Assembly (NCBI GenBank): GCA_947600145.1
Contig: CANQGA010000001.1
Location: forward strand, 1-62,031
DNA from: an uncultured Lachnospiraceae bacterium
GTDB taxonomy: Bacteria; Bacillota; Clostridia; Lachnospirales; Lachnospiraceae
DNA: 62,031 nt
Direction of reading: 5' to 3'
Part shown: positions 9,316 through 18,067 of the stretch, piece after piece
Layout of the letters: every line of letters begins with the position of its first letter
Position numbering within the stretch: the stretch's first letter is position 1
Made by a program: the position numbers and the translations under genes
The notes under the pieces: generated by a model
The model's input: only the letters and a program-made list of their open reading frames with translations
What the model was told of the DNA's origin: nothing
The model's database searches: none

Positions 9316-12300
9316 ATGGATACGAACCGCTTGATTTCAGGAATCAGCAAATTAAAAGGAGATGGCCCGGACAGGGAGGAAGCGTTCCGGGCAGTCTACG
9401 AAGAGTCGCGTGGAGCCGCAATGGCTGCAGTCCGGAGATATTGCGACGATAAGGACGAATATGAGGATATCCTCCAGGAAACGTATCTGCAGGTTTACCG
9501 TTCGGTCGGAGACCTGAGGGACGAGGAAAAAGCACTGGCGTGGATCTGCCGGATAGCGGCAAACACCGCGCTGCGGCACACACAGAAAAACAGGAAACAG
9601 CAGCATGACACATTTTCGGATCTGGCGGAAGAGGACGGAACGATCCCTGACTTCGAGGATGTGACGGGCACATACAATCCGGAGACCATTGCCGATCGGA
9701 AAGCCGTTTCCGAGGCAGTGGCGAAGATCCTTGATTCGCTTCCGCAGGATCAGAGGACGGCTATGTGGATGGTTTACGGCCAGCAGGTGACTGTCAGAGA
9801 GTTCGCCGCCGCCCTCGGGGTTTCAGAGAACACCGTAAAATCCCGCCTTTATCAGGGCAGGAACAAGCTGCTGGCCCGAAAGGATGAGTTCCGCAAATAC
9901 GGCGTAGAGATCGCGGCCGTACCGCTTGCGCTTCTCATCGCGTCTGCGTTTGAAGACACCGTATATGCCGCTGCACCATACGCCGGAAACCTGCCGAAAT
10001 TTCCAGGAACACCGGACGGAAGGAATATCCCGAAAACAAAGAGCGCGGAAACTGTGGCAAATGGGAAACCGTCAGGCGCAATCCGCATATCAGGCGGTAC
10101 AGCATCCACAGCAGGCAAGGGTGCAGATGCTGTTGGCAAGGCTGCGGGCGCGGCAGGCAGGGCTGCGTCGGCAATCGGGAAGAGCAGGCTCATATCTGCA
10201 TTCCTGTCGGCTTCCGCAGGCGTAAAGGCAGCAGTCACGGCGGGAGCGGCGATCGCGGTGATCGGAACGAGTTGGGCGGTATCATCCATACATGGTCCAG
10301 CTGGTATGGCGGGCAGGGCGGGAATCCCAGCCTATATGGCGCCGATTGAATATAAGGTGGAAGCATACAACAACCGATCCTACGGCCTCAAAGAAACCAT
10401 CGGGACGTTTTATCCATCCATTGCCGTAAAATCAGCGGAAAAAGCGTTAAAAAGCAGGGAATCGTCATCGGACAGCTGGTATCTGGAGCTATGGGAGAAT
10501 TCCTCGGAAAATATGGCGTCAGGCTATTATATCGACAGTACGGAGTTTGATTCAAAACTTGGGGAAAATTGGAGGTTGGAATGGGAGGAAGTATCGGCCG
10601 AGCCAATTACGGGAGAAGATCTTGACAACCTCCGAAACAAATACACGCGTCCGCTGCAGCTGGATCCAAGAGTAGAACTTGATTCTATCATGACGGGACA
10701 CGGCGATGACCGGAAAGCGTTGGAAGACGCCCTTGGTGCGATGGAGATCACGGAAGCCATGAATGTCACGTTCCTGCTTTCTGGAAAGGGAAGCATTGGA
10801 TGGGCGCAGGAAGAAAAAGATGCCATCGTTGTGAAGATGGGCAAGGAATGGGTGCTGTATCAGGGGCCGCCGCTTGACTTTGTATTAGACATCGGGTTCC
10901 GGTCGTATAAGAAGGCAGGGGACTCCGGCGACGGTTCGGATCGCATGCAGGAAGGAAGCGGCCGGAATTCTGGAGAAAGCGCAGCCATACAGGATGAAGC
11001 GAACGGCGATACGGAGCAGGACGATATCGGCCTGCCGGACGCGGGCAGAACAGCAGAACAGGCCGGAGAAGGAGAGAACGTTGCGGGGACGCTGCCGGAT
11101 CTCCCGCTGGAAATTGATCCGGATACCCCGGCGGATCTGCTTGATCTCGATAATAATCTTTACATCTCAAGCTTAATGAGAATGATGGCGTACTCGGGCA
11201 TGCTCGGCACTGAGGCCACGGCGGACAGGCTTCCCGCCCTGCAGAACTGGGCGGACAGGCTTTATGCAGGCGACTGGGGCTGTATGATCGAAGTCTTAGA
11301 CATCTTTGACGACCACTATCAGCCGGACACGCAGAAGGCAGGACTCGATGAACTTGTATACGACTATTCGGAGAGCACAGGAATTGCCTCGGAGCGGTTT
11401 ACCGCGGCGCAGATCGAATACATTGCCCGCTCCATGACTGCGAAGGATTGGAGGTTCAGCCCGGATAAGATCCCGGAGTCTTTTCAATCCGGCTCGGTTA
11501 CCAGAACATGTCCGGAAGATTATGAGGCTGCTCAGGACGGTCTTGTCATCTACGACTATTCCGGTAAGTATTCGGAAGCCACGCCGGAGCTTATCGACGA
11601 AACCGTAGAATACATAGGCGGCGGTAAATGGACCGTCAGATACAGCTGTGAGTATATACATGGCTGGCCGAATCCGGTAACCGATTCACTGGGCTATATC
11701 GTGTTCACGGTAATAAGCAATCCGGACAGCTGCTTTGACGGATTCTGCATTACGAAAATAGAGACGGAACCGTATACCGGTCAGCAGACAGGCGATATAC
11801 CGGCCTCCGCAGAGGCGGGCACGCCGGTAACGCTTCGGATGGTAATGGATACTTCGGAAGGCCCGGACAATCCGCTCGGAAATTGGGACATGATCCTGGC
11901 TACAACATACAAATATGAAGTGGAAACGGCATCAGACGGCGCGATCATCATCGAAATCCATGACGTATCCGAGATGGGACTTAGTATGCCGGATCTCCTT
12001 CAGGAGGCAAAAAACGGCATACCGGCGGATATCCTCCTGCTTGCTACTCGTTTTCTCTGGGACGTCGGCTGCTACGAGACGGAATGGATGGAAGAACCAT
12101 ATGCATTTAACGGACACATCGGGTTCCGGGACTGGACAAAAACCGATGAGGCGCGCCAGCTGCTGGAAGAAACCGCCCGGGCAGGACTGGGAACAAGGGG
12201 GCTTTTCTTCGCCGAAGATGGCTTCAGTCAGCTTTTCCTCAGGGAACCTGACGGAGACATGAATGGCAAGATTATCGCCGAAGGGCCTTACGGAAACAGC

Positions 12301-12651
12301 AAGGGCTACATAGAAAAGATCGGCGGAACGCCCGTCTCCTATTCCGGCGACTGGGACGCGATGCCGGCAGACGGCGCCATAGACGGAATGCTGGACTCCC
12401 TCACACATTACACGACAGTCGAGATGTATGAATACGCTCCGTATATCGTGATGGACTACAATCTTACATCTCCGTTTGAAGCGCTGATTACTCTTGAAGC
12501 CGAGAAAAAACTTCCCGAAGGCGGCCTTGAAATTCTCAGGAAAGCAGGCGTAGACGCGATGAGCCTGCTTGCGAGCGAATGCGCCCATTCTGATACGATT
12601 ATGCTTGAGGACTGCCTCGCATACGGAGCGCAGCAGATCACACTGGAGTAA
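9316..12651 (+). CDS. Membrane-anchored ECF sigma-70 factor with a large extracytoplasmic extension ending in a DctP-like solute-binding domain
   Basis: Region 2 (EDILQETY...AWICRIAANT) and region 4.2 HTH (FAAALGVSENTVKSRLYQGR) in aa 1-190; Ala/Gly linker; one hydrophobic helix ~aa 293-325; three acidic modules; last ~275 aa follow the TRAP SBP pattern. Confidence 0.85.
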   Translation: MDTNRLISGISKLKGDGPDREEAFRAVYEESRGAAMAAVRRYCDDKDEYEDILQETYLQVYRSVGDLRDEEKALAWICRIAANTALRHTQKNRKQQHDTFSDLAEEDGTIPDFEDVTGTYNPETIADRKAVSEAVAKILDSLPQDQRTAMWMVYGQQVTVREFAAALGVSENTVKSRLYQGRNKLLARKDEFRKYGVEIAAVPLALLIASAFEDTVYAAAPYAGNLPKFPGTPDGRNIPKTKSAETVANGKPSGAIRISGGTASTAGKGADAVGKAAGAAGRAASAIGKSRLISAFLSASAGVKAAVTAGAAIAVIGTSWAVSSIHGPAGMAGRAGIPAYMAPIEYKVEAYNNRSYGLKETIGTFYPSIAVKSAEKALKSRESSSDSWYLELWENSSENMASGYYIDSTEFDSKLGENWRLEWEEVSAEPITGEDLDNLRNKYTRPLQLDPRVELDSIMTGHGDDRKALEDALGAMEITEAMNVTFLLSGKGSIGWAQEEKDAIVVKMGKEWVLYQGPPLDFVLDIGFRSYKKAGDSGDGSDRMQEGSGRNSGESAAIQDEANGDTEQDDIGLPDAGRTAEQAGEGENVAGTLPDLPLEIDPDTPADLLDLDNNLYISSLMRMMAYSGMLGTEATADRLPALQNWADRLYAGDWGCMIEVLDIFDDHYQPDTQKAGLDELVYDYSESTGIASERFTAAQIEYIARSMTAKDWRFSPDKIPESFQSGSVTRTCPEDYEAAQDGLVIYDYSGKYSEATPELIDETVEYIGGGKWTVRYSCEYIHGWPNPVTDSLGYIVFTVISNPDSCFDGFCITKIETEPYTGQQTGDIPASAEAGTPVTLRMVMDTSEGPDNPLGNWDMILATTYKYEVETASDGAIIIEIHDVSEMGLSMPDLLQEAKNGIPADILLLATRFLWDVGCYETEWMEEPYAFNGHIGFRDWTKTDEARQLLEETARAGLGTRGLFFAEDGFSQLFLREPDGDMNGKIIAEGPYGNSKGYIEKIGGTPVSYSGDWDAMPADGAIDGMLDSLTHYTTVEMYEYAPYIVMDYNLTSPFEALITLEAEKKLPEGGLEILRKAGVDAMSLLASECAHSDTIMLEDCLAYGAQQITLE

Positions 12652-12687
12652 AAACGCCGGACAGGCAAAAGCAAGCGCTATCCGACA

Positions 12688-12716
12688 TTGACAAGGAACG
12701 GAAAGAAGGATAAAAT
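12688..12716 (+). promoter_or_regulatory. Sigma-A promoter of the grpE-like/dnaK-like operon
   Basis: TTGACA-17bp-TAAAAT; no CIRCE element seen nearby. Confidence 0.7.
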
Positions 12717-12749
12717 TATAAAATAACTTTCGATAGCAAGGAGGGCACA

Positions 12750-13316
12750 ATGGAAGAAAACGGCAGTCTGAACGACGCGGATGCCAGACAGGCATCGGAG
12801 GATGAAGAAAAAACAGGAGAGATCTATGAGATGCTGCTCAATACAAGAGAGCAGTGCCAGATGATGGAGCAACTTATCAAGAACCAGATTGAAGTAAAGG
12901 ACAATTTAATCGAAAAGCTTCACAAAGAGCTTGAAGTCTACAGGCAGGGCGCGGCCGACAGGTTTGCGGATCAGTTGATGAAGGCCGTAATAAAGATCCA
13001 TAAAGACGTAGCAAAGCGCTCCGGGGCAGACGACTGGGAAAGCCTCACAGCCGATGATCTGAGGAAAGAATATCGATACGTGCTGGAGGATCTCACCGAT
13101 CTGCTGGAACAGCAGAATGTGGACGTTTATTCCACACCGTCCGGCAGCCCCTTCGACCCGTCCGTTCATCAGGCAAAGATAGTCTCCACAGACGACGCCG
13201 GGCTGGACCGGCTGGTGAAGGAAAGTCTGAGCGAAGGCTACAGGAAGGGGAACAGGATTCTGATTCCTGAGAGGGTAGCTGTATATCAATATAATGACAA
13301 AGAGAGCAGGAGGTAA
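12750..13316 (+). CDS. grpE: Divergent nucleotide exchange factor, GrpE-like
   Basis: N-terminal coiled coil; C-terminal GrpE signature GSPFDPSVHQA...GYRKGNRILIPERVAV. Confidence 0.85.
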   Translation: MEENGSLNDADARQASEDEEKTGEIYEMLLNTREQCQMMEQLIKNQIEVKDNLIEKLHKELEVYRQGAADRFADQLMKAVIKIHKDVAKRSGADDWESLTADDLRKEYRYVLEDLTDLLEQQNVDVYSTPSGSPFDPSVHQAKIVSTDDAGLDRLVKESLSEGYRKGNRILIPERVAVYQYNDKESRR

Positions 13317-13322
13317 TCAGAT

Positions 13323-14978
13323 ATGGGAAGAGTTTTTGGAATTGATCTTGGGACAACGTATTCATGCATCGCGTACATCGACGACTATGGGAAACCGGTT
13401 GTACTGAAAAACAGCGACGGCGACCATACGACCCCATCCGTCGTGATGGTGGAGACGACAGACAACATTGTCGTAGGAATGGAAGCAAAGCGGTCGCTGG
13501 AGGTTGAGCCCGACAAGACAGTCCAGTTCATCAAGAGGAAAATGGGCAAGGAAGACGACAAGGTCACCCTGAATGGAACCGTGTATTCCGCACCGGAAAT
13601 CTCATCGTACATCCTCCGAAAGCTCGTATCCGACGCAAACGAAGAGCTACGGCAGACTGGCATCCTTGCTGACGGGGAAGAAATCAGGGATGTAGTTATC
13701 ACCTGTCCCGCTTATTTCGGCATGAACGAACGGCAGGCGACAAAGACGGCAGGAGAGCTGGCCGGGCTGAATGTCCTTAACATTATCAACGAGCCTACGG
13801 CGGCCGCAATCAGCTACGGCGTCTCGAAGGGCGGGCAGAATGAAACCGTGCTGGTTTACGATCTGGGCGGCGGCACCTTCGATATAACGGTGATGAACAT
13901 CAGAGGCGGCAACATTTCCGTCGTATGTACGGGCGGCGACGACAAACTGGGAGGCAAGGACTGGGACGAGACGCTGATGAATTACGTCATAGAACGTTAT
14001 GAGGAAGAAAACGGGGAAGATCTTTCGGAAGATCCCGAAACGGTACAGGCTCTTTATGTGGACGTGGAAACCTGGAAGAAAAGCCTGACCAGCAGAGAAA
14101 AGGTAAACATCTCGGTAAACGGTCCTGCCGGAAGGTTCAGAGAGGAACTCACTCGTGAAAAATTTGACGAACTCACCCACGACCTGCTGAACCGGACCAA
14201 GAATCTTCTGGACGAGGTACTCCGCACAGCAGAGAAACAGGGCTATTCCATGAACAAGATCGATAAGATTCTGCTGGTTGGAGGTTCGTCCCGGATGCCA
14301 CAGGTATCTGCGATGATCGAGAGAGATTATCATGTAACGCCGGTTCTTTCCGATCCGGATGAGGCCGTAGCCAAGGGCGCTGCGATCTATGCCGGCAATC
14401 AGAAGGAATTCAATGATTTCGTGGAAACTGAGGCCGCTAAATCCGGAATGACCGTCGAAGAGGTGACGAAGGAAAATCTGGTAACCGGGGAACTCGACAG
14501 GAAATTTGCGCTGTCGGCAGGCACATCCGGCAGCGGTCTGCGGATCAATATCACGAATGTACTGTCAAGGACATACGGTGTAGAAGCATACATAACGGAT
14601 GATAAGATAGGCATATACAACATGTTGATGATTAACCAGCCGCTTCCGGCAAGCAGAAAGGAAGCCTTCTTTACACATAATAACAACCAGGGGCAGGTAG
14701 ACGTCAAGATTTACGAAAGCCGGAGTACAGAGGAATCAATGGAGATTGATGGACGTGAGCCAATCACGGTAATCCCGATGAAACTGATAAAGAACGTTCC
14801 CGCAAATACACAGATTGACATGACGCTCACACTGGATAATTCCGGAATCCTGCACATTATGGCGGAAGAGACACTTTATCATTCCAAGCTGGACACAACG
14901 TTCAGGCTGTCGAACCAGATGACGAATGAAGAGATGGCGCTGGCTACCCGGCGCACGTCGCGGGCTTCGGTTGAATGA
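13323..14978 (+). CDS. Non-canonical Hsp70/DnaK-family protein (551 aa, lid truncated)
   Basis: GIDLGTT, TCPAYF, INEPTAAA, VYDLGGGTFD, LVGGSSRMP, DPDEAVAKGAA; divergent SBD-beta; ends shortly after lid helix A. Confidence 0.93.
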   Translation: MGRVFGIDLGTTYSCIAYIDDYGKPVVLKNSDGDHTTPSVVMVETTDNIVVGMEAKRSLEVEPDKTVQFIKRKMGKEDDKVTLNGTVYSAPEISSYILRKLVSDANEELRQTGILADGEEIRDVVITCPAYFGMNERQATKTAGELAGLNVLNIINEPTAAAISYGVSKGGQNETVLVYDLGGGTFDITVMNIRGGNISVVCTGGDDKLGGKDWDETLMNYVIERYEEENGEDLSEDPETVQALYVDVETWKKSLTSREKVNISVNGPAGRFREELTREKFDELTHDLLNRTKNLLDEVLRTAEKQGYSMNKIDKILLVGGSSRMPQVSAMIERDYHVTPVLSDPDEAVAKGAAIYAGNQKEFNDFVETEAAKSGMTVEEVTKENLVTGELDRKFALSAGTSGSGLRINITNVLSRTYGVEAYITDDKIGIYNMLMINQPLPASRKEAFFTHNNNQGQVDVKIYESRSTEESMEIDGREPITVIPMKLIKNVPANTQIDMTLTLDNSGILHIMAEETLYHSKLDTTFRLSNQMTNEEMALATRRTSRASVE

Positions 14979-15089
14979 CGCAGTGACATGGGTATACCGG
15001 ACGCGCGAATGTGCGGATAGACTAAATGAAGCGGGGAGGGTTACGTCTGTTCTTAGACGCACCTTTCCCGCGGAAAGGTGGAATGAATC

Positions 15090-15503
15090 ATGATGATACT
15101 CCTTTTGGCGCTCTTGGCCGGACTCTGCTGGGCAGTGAAGCTTGTCCTTGAATCACTCGTGGCGTTTTTTACCTGCATTATTGAGCTGTGCCGGTCAATG
15201 CCGCTTGTCATAAGTTTGTTTGTGCTGCTAATAATACTAGAGACTACGACAATCGTCACGGAGGTATTTCCCAGTGCTACTGCCGGAACAGTGGGGGAAC
15301 TGTACATGCAGGTCCTGTCCAAAGCTGCGGAACCGGCCGTGTCTATTGTATTCTATTTTCTGATCTTCCGTTTTATCTGGGTTCCCATTATGGGGCTGAT
15401 GCTTAAATTCTATGCTGCGGTCTCCCATAAGATAACCGGCCTGACGGAAAAAACTTTCCTTTTTTCCATCGGAAAGATTAAACGGAAAGTGGAGGCGCAG
15501 TAA
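15090..15503 (+). CDS. Hypothetical integral membrane protein (~3 TM)
   Basis: Three hydrophobic stretches, basic C-terminus, AAGGTGG RBS, co-oriented in the operon. Confidence 0.7.
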   Translation: MMILLLALLAGLCWAVKLVLESLVAFFTCIIELCRSMPLVISLFVLLIILETTTIVTEVFPSATAGTVGELYMQVLSKAAEPAVSIVFYFLIFRFIWVPIMGLMLKFYAAVSHKITGLTEKTFLFSIGKIKRKVEAQ

Positions 15504-15553
15504 CCTAACCGCCGCCGGCAGGCGGAAAAAGAAAAGAGACGGAAGGTGGAACG

Positions 15554-17581
15554 ATGGCAGACTTACGAGAAAAAATCCAGAGCAGGTACGGCATCGATAT
15601 AGACAGGGAAAACATTTTTAAGCTGTATCGGATTGACAGACCGGATCTTACGGAAGGGCAGTTGGAAGAAAAAATAAAAGAGTGCCGCGAAAGATGGCAG
15701 AAAAGCATCAACGGCGCCAATGAAAAAAACGCGGAGAGGGACAGGGCAAGGCTGGAAAAGGCCGCCATGTATGAGGGTATCCTGAAGGATACGAAGTTGA
15801 GAAAAGAATTATACCGCTATTATGAGAAGAGCGCCGCCAGCGGTTCGGAAACCGCCTTCGCCAGAGACTACTTCATGGTTATAGGCTCGTCAAGACAGAT
15901 TGTCCGCCAGGATGTCGACTTCTTCTTCCGATACTTTAAGAGCGAACGGAAGAACCGTGCTGCCATTCTTGAAATGTTGAAGAAAGAATTCAAAGTCTCC
16001 GGATTGGGAAAGGAAGGAAAAGACACGGCGGAAAACGGTGAAGATGATGCGACTGGCGAAAAGAAAAAACAGTCCGGCACCGTGATCGTAAACCGATTTC
16101 AGGAGACTACGATCCTTGACATCAGCAAGTGCTTTCATCTCTTTGTGGATGCAGCGTCAAAAGAGAAGGCCGTCGCTCGTTTCCCTAAGCTTTCCGATTC
16201 TCTCTACGACCTCCTTGAACTGGATGAGATTGGCTCAATCAGGGATTTCGCGGTTCTAATGAAGAAAAAAAGGGAAGAGGCATCCGGGCTGCGGCTGGAT
16301 GACGGGGGACAGGATAACTTTACGCCGCTGGTCGACCTTTTTAACAAGATGGCGGAATTGGCAGAATACAAGGACGTATCAGACAACTTTCCTGAATTCA
16401 AGCTTCTTATTATGTATGAGAAGCTGAATCCATACATGTTCCTTGTCCGCGAGGTAAGACCCCGCACGCTGGAAACCATTTTCGAACTCGCAAAGAAGCA
16501 GTACGCATTCTTGGACATGAACCAATTTGTAGCGGAGTATTTCGAGCCGATTTACGACAATTTCGGGATTGTCACGATCGGACTTGGAGCCATATTCCGA
16601 AAAGCCGGGAAAAAAGCGTCGAGAAGCAGGGTAATGGAAGCCATAGATAAATTCCTCGGCATTGATAAGAGGTACCGGATTCCATTGCCGGCCATGATTC
16701 TGCATTATATGGCGTACTTGCCAATCTATCTCCTGTACCTGTTTTTTGAGGCTTCGAAAGTTGTCTTTGCAATGTTCCAGAAAATTGCGCTCCCGGTATT
16801 TGCGGCGGTGTTTTTTGGAATGAATTTCCTGACATTTAACGAATGGGGGATTTCTGTGTTCGACCTGTTGAAGATTCCCTTTAAATCACAGTGGTACGAG
16901 TATCTCTCATGGATTTTCGGCTTCGAGGTCAATAATTGGGCCATAGCCGTACCAACGACGTTCGGGATCATTGGAATGTATGCCCTCTTGTATTTATTGA
17001 CATCCTACGCCGCAAGCCGATTTACATATCTTTTCGCCAGCACCATGAACGCGAATGTCGACTGGGTCGGGTTCGAAAGGACCTTCAGGGAAATGTTTAA
17101 GGCCGCCAGTCGCGGGTCGGCGAACCAGTTCCGAAACAAAAAATCGCGTTTTTATGCGGGAAAGGCCGGTATTGTACTTCTGTACCTGTTATGTATCTTC
17201 CTGGTAACCGGCGCAAACCGAGCCATGTCGACCAGCCTTGCCGATCTTGGCATGCAGACGGAAACAACCGCCGCGGAGGAAGAGACAGACGACAGCTATG
17301 ACGGCCTGCCATATCCGGGCTTTATTGAAGCTGATACAGAGGCCCCGGACAAAATGGAGCCGCATTATTTGGAAATCAGCGCGTCAGCCGCGAATATCCG
17401 GTCAGGAGCCGGAACAGACTATGCCGCCGTATCGGTTGCCAACGCGGGAGAACAGTTTGAATGGACCGGCGAAACGAGTGAATTTTCGGACGGTACCACA
17501 TGGTATGAGATATATCTTGACGACGACAGGATACAGACCGGATGGGTAAGCGGGAATGTGATCATCCCTCCGGAAAGCTGA
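15554..17581 (+). CDS. Membrane protein with an N-terminal degenerate J-like domain, multi-TM region and C-terminal bacterial SH3 (SH3b) domain
   Basis: aa ~17-90 follow J-domain helix spacing (NIFKLYRI...ILKDTKLRKELYRYY) without HPD; several hydrophobic helices aa ~380-555; acidic linker; SH3b motif ANIRSGAGTDY...WYEI...GWVSG. Confidence 0.75.
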   Translation: MADLREKIQSRYGIDIDRENIFKLYRIDRPDLTEGQLEEKIKECRERWQKSINGANEKNAERDRARLEKAAMYEGILKDTKLRKELYRYYEKSAASGSETAFARDYFMVIGSSRQIVRQDVDFFFRYFKSERKNRAAILEMLKKEFKVSGLGKEGKDTAENGEDDATGEKKKQSGTVIVNRFQETTILDISKCFHLFVDAASKEKAVARFPKLSDSLYDLLELDEIGSIRDFAVLMKKKREEASGLRLDDGGQDNFTPLVDLFNKMAELAEYKDVSDNFPEFKLLIMYEKLNPYMFLVREVRPRTLETIFELAKKQYAFLDMNQFVAEYFEPIYDNFGIVTIGLGAIFRKAGKKASRSRVMEAIDKFLGIDKRYRIPLPAMILHYMAYLPIYLLYLFFEASKVVFAMFQKIALPVFAAVFFGMNFLTFNEWGISVFDLLKIPFKSQWYEYLSWIFGFEVNNWAIAVPTTFGIIGMYALLYLLTSYAASRFTYLFASTMNANVDWVGFERTFREMFKAASRGSANQFRNKKSRFYAGKAGIVLLYLLCIFLVTGANRAMSTSLADLGMQTETTAAEEETDDSYDGLPYPGFIEADTEAPDKMEPHYLEISASAANIRSGAGTDYAAVSVANAGEQFEWTGETSEFSDGTTWYEIYLDDDRIQTGWVSGNVIIPPES

Positions 17582-17732
17582 ATGGCTGGTAAGGAGATTT
17601 TAAGAAAATTTCGGACGTGTATGAGAAAACACTTGTTGCAAAATTCAAAATTGTTGTAATCAGCAATCTCGCAACTGCCGTAACGGCTACATAATGCCAG
17701 CAAACCAATATACATATTGCGCCACATAAACC

Positions 17733-17773
17733 AGGCACCGGACGTGTCAAAAACGCCGGTGCTTTTTATTTTT
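17733..17773 (+). terminator. Rho-independent terminator closing the Hsp70 cluster
   Basis: GCACCGG / CCGGTGC stem followed by TTTTTATTTTT. Confidence 0.75.
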
Positions 17774-17922
17774 GGGTAAAACGCGCCGCATTTGTTATAC
17801 TGTTTCTTTTTAAGGGAGCGGTGTCGGCTATTGGCGGTCCACCGACATACAGTCAGGGCCAGCGCCAGGAAGATTATCAGAAAGAGCTGAGAAAGGTTTT
17901 AACAAATTCAGAAGAAATATAA

Positions 17923-17951
17923 TTGACAATAGGGGATTTATCACCTATGTT
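17923..17951 (+). promoter_or_regulatory. TA-locus promoter with an overlapping palindromic operator
   Basis: TTGACA-17bp-TATGTT; spacer holds the imperfect palindrome ATAGGgGATttATCaCCTAT (17929-17948). Confidence 0.6.
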
Positions 17952-17960
17952 AATGATAGA

Positions 17961-18029
17961 TATAATCAGAAGGAACTCCTGTCAATGTGGGAGACCGAAG
18001 TGTATAAAAAGCTTCCTCCTTTGGATTGA
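17961..18029 (+). pseudogene. C-terminal remnant of a DUF4160-type toxin
   Basis: Translates to YNQKELLSMWETEVYKKLPPLD*, matching the ELLxMWxxxxxxKLPPL terminus I recall for DUF4160 proteins; no 5' part; directly upstream of a DUF2442 gene. Confidence 0.65.
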
Positions 18030-18067
18030 CAAGCGGATCCTGTAACTGAAGGCGAGGAGACACCATT

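Noticed and set aside
12750-14978. Housekeeping grpE-dnaK heat-shock operon
   Set aside because: No hrcA, CIRCE or Zn-finger dnaJ; the Hsp70 is divergent and lid-less
17582-17920. Short ORFs or possible type I toxin/sRNA between the SH3b gene and the TA remnant
   Set aside because: Short frames on both strands without convincing RBS or family motifs; cannot be supported
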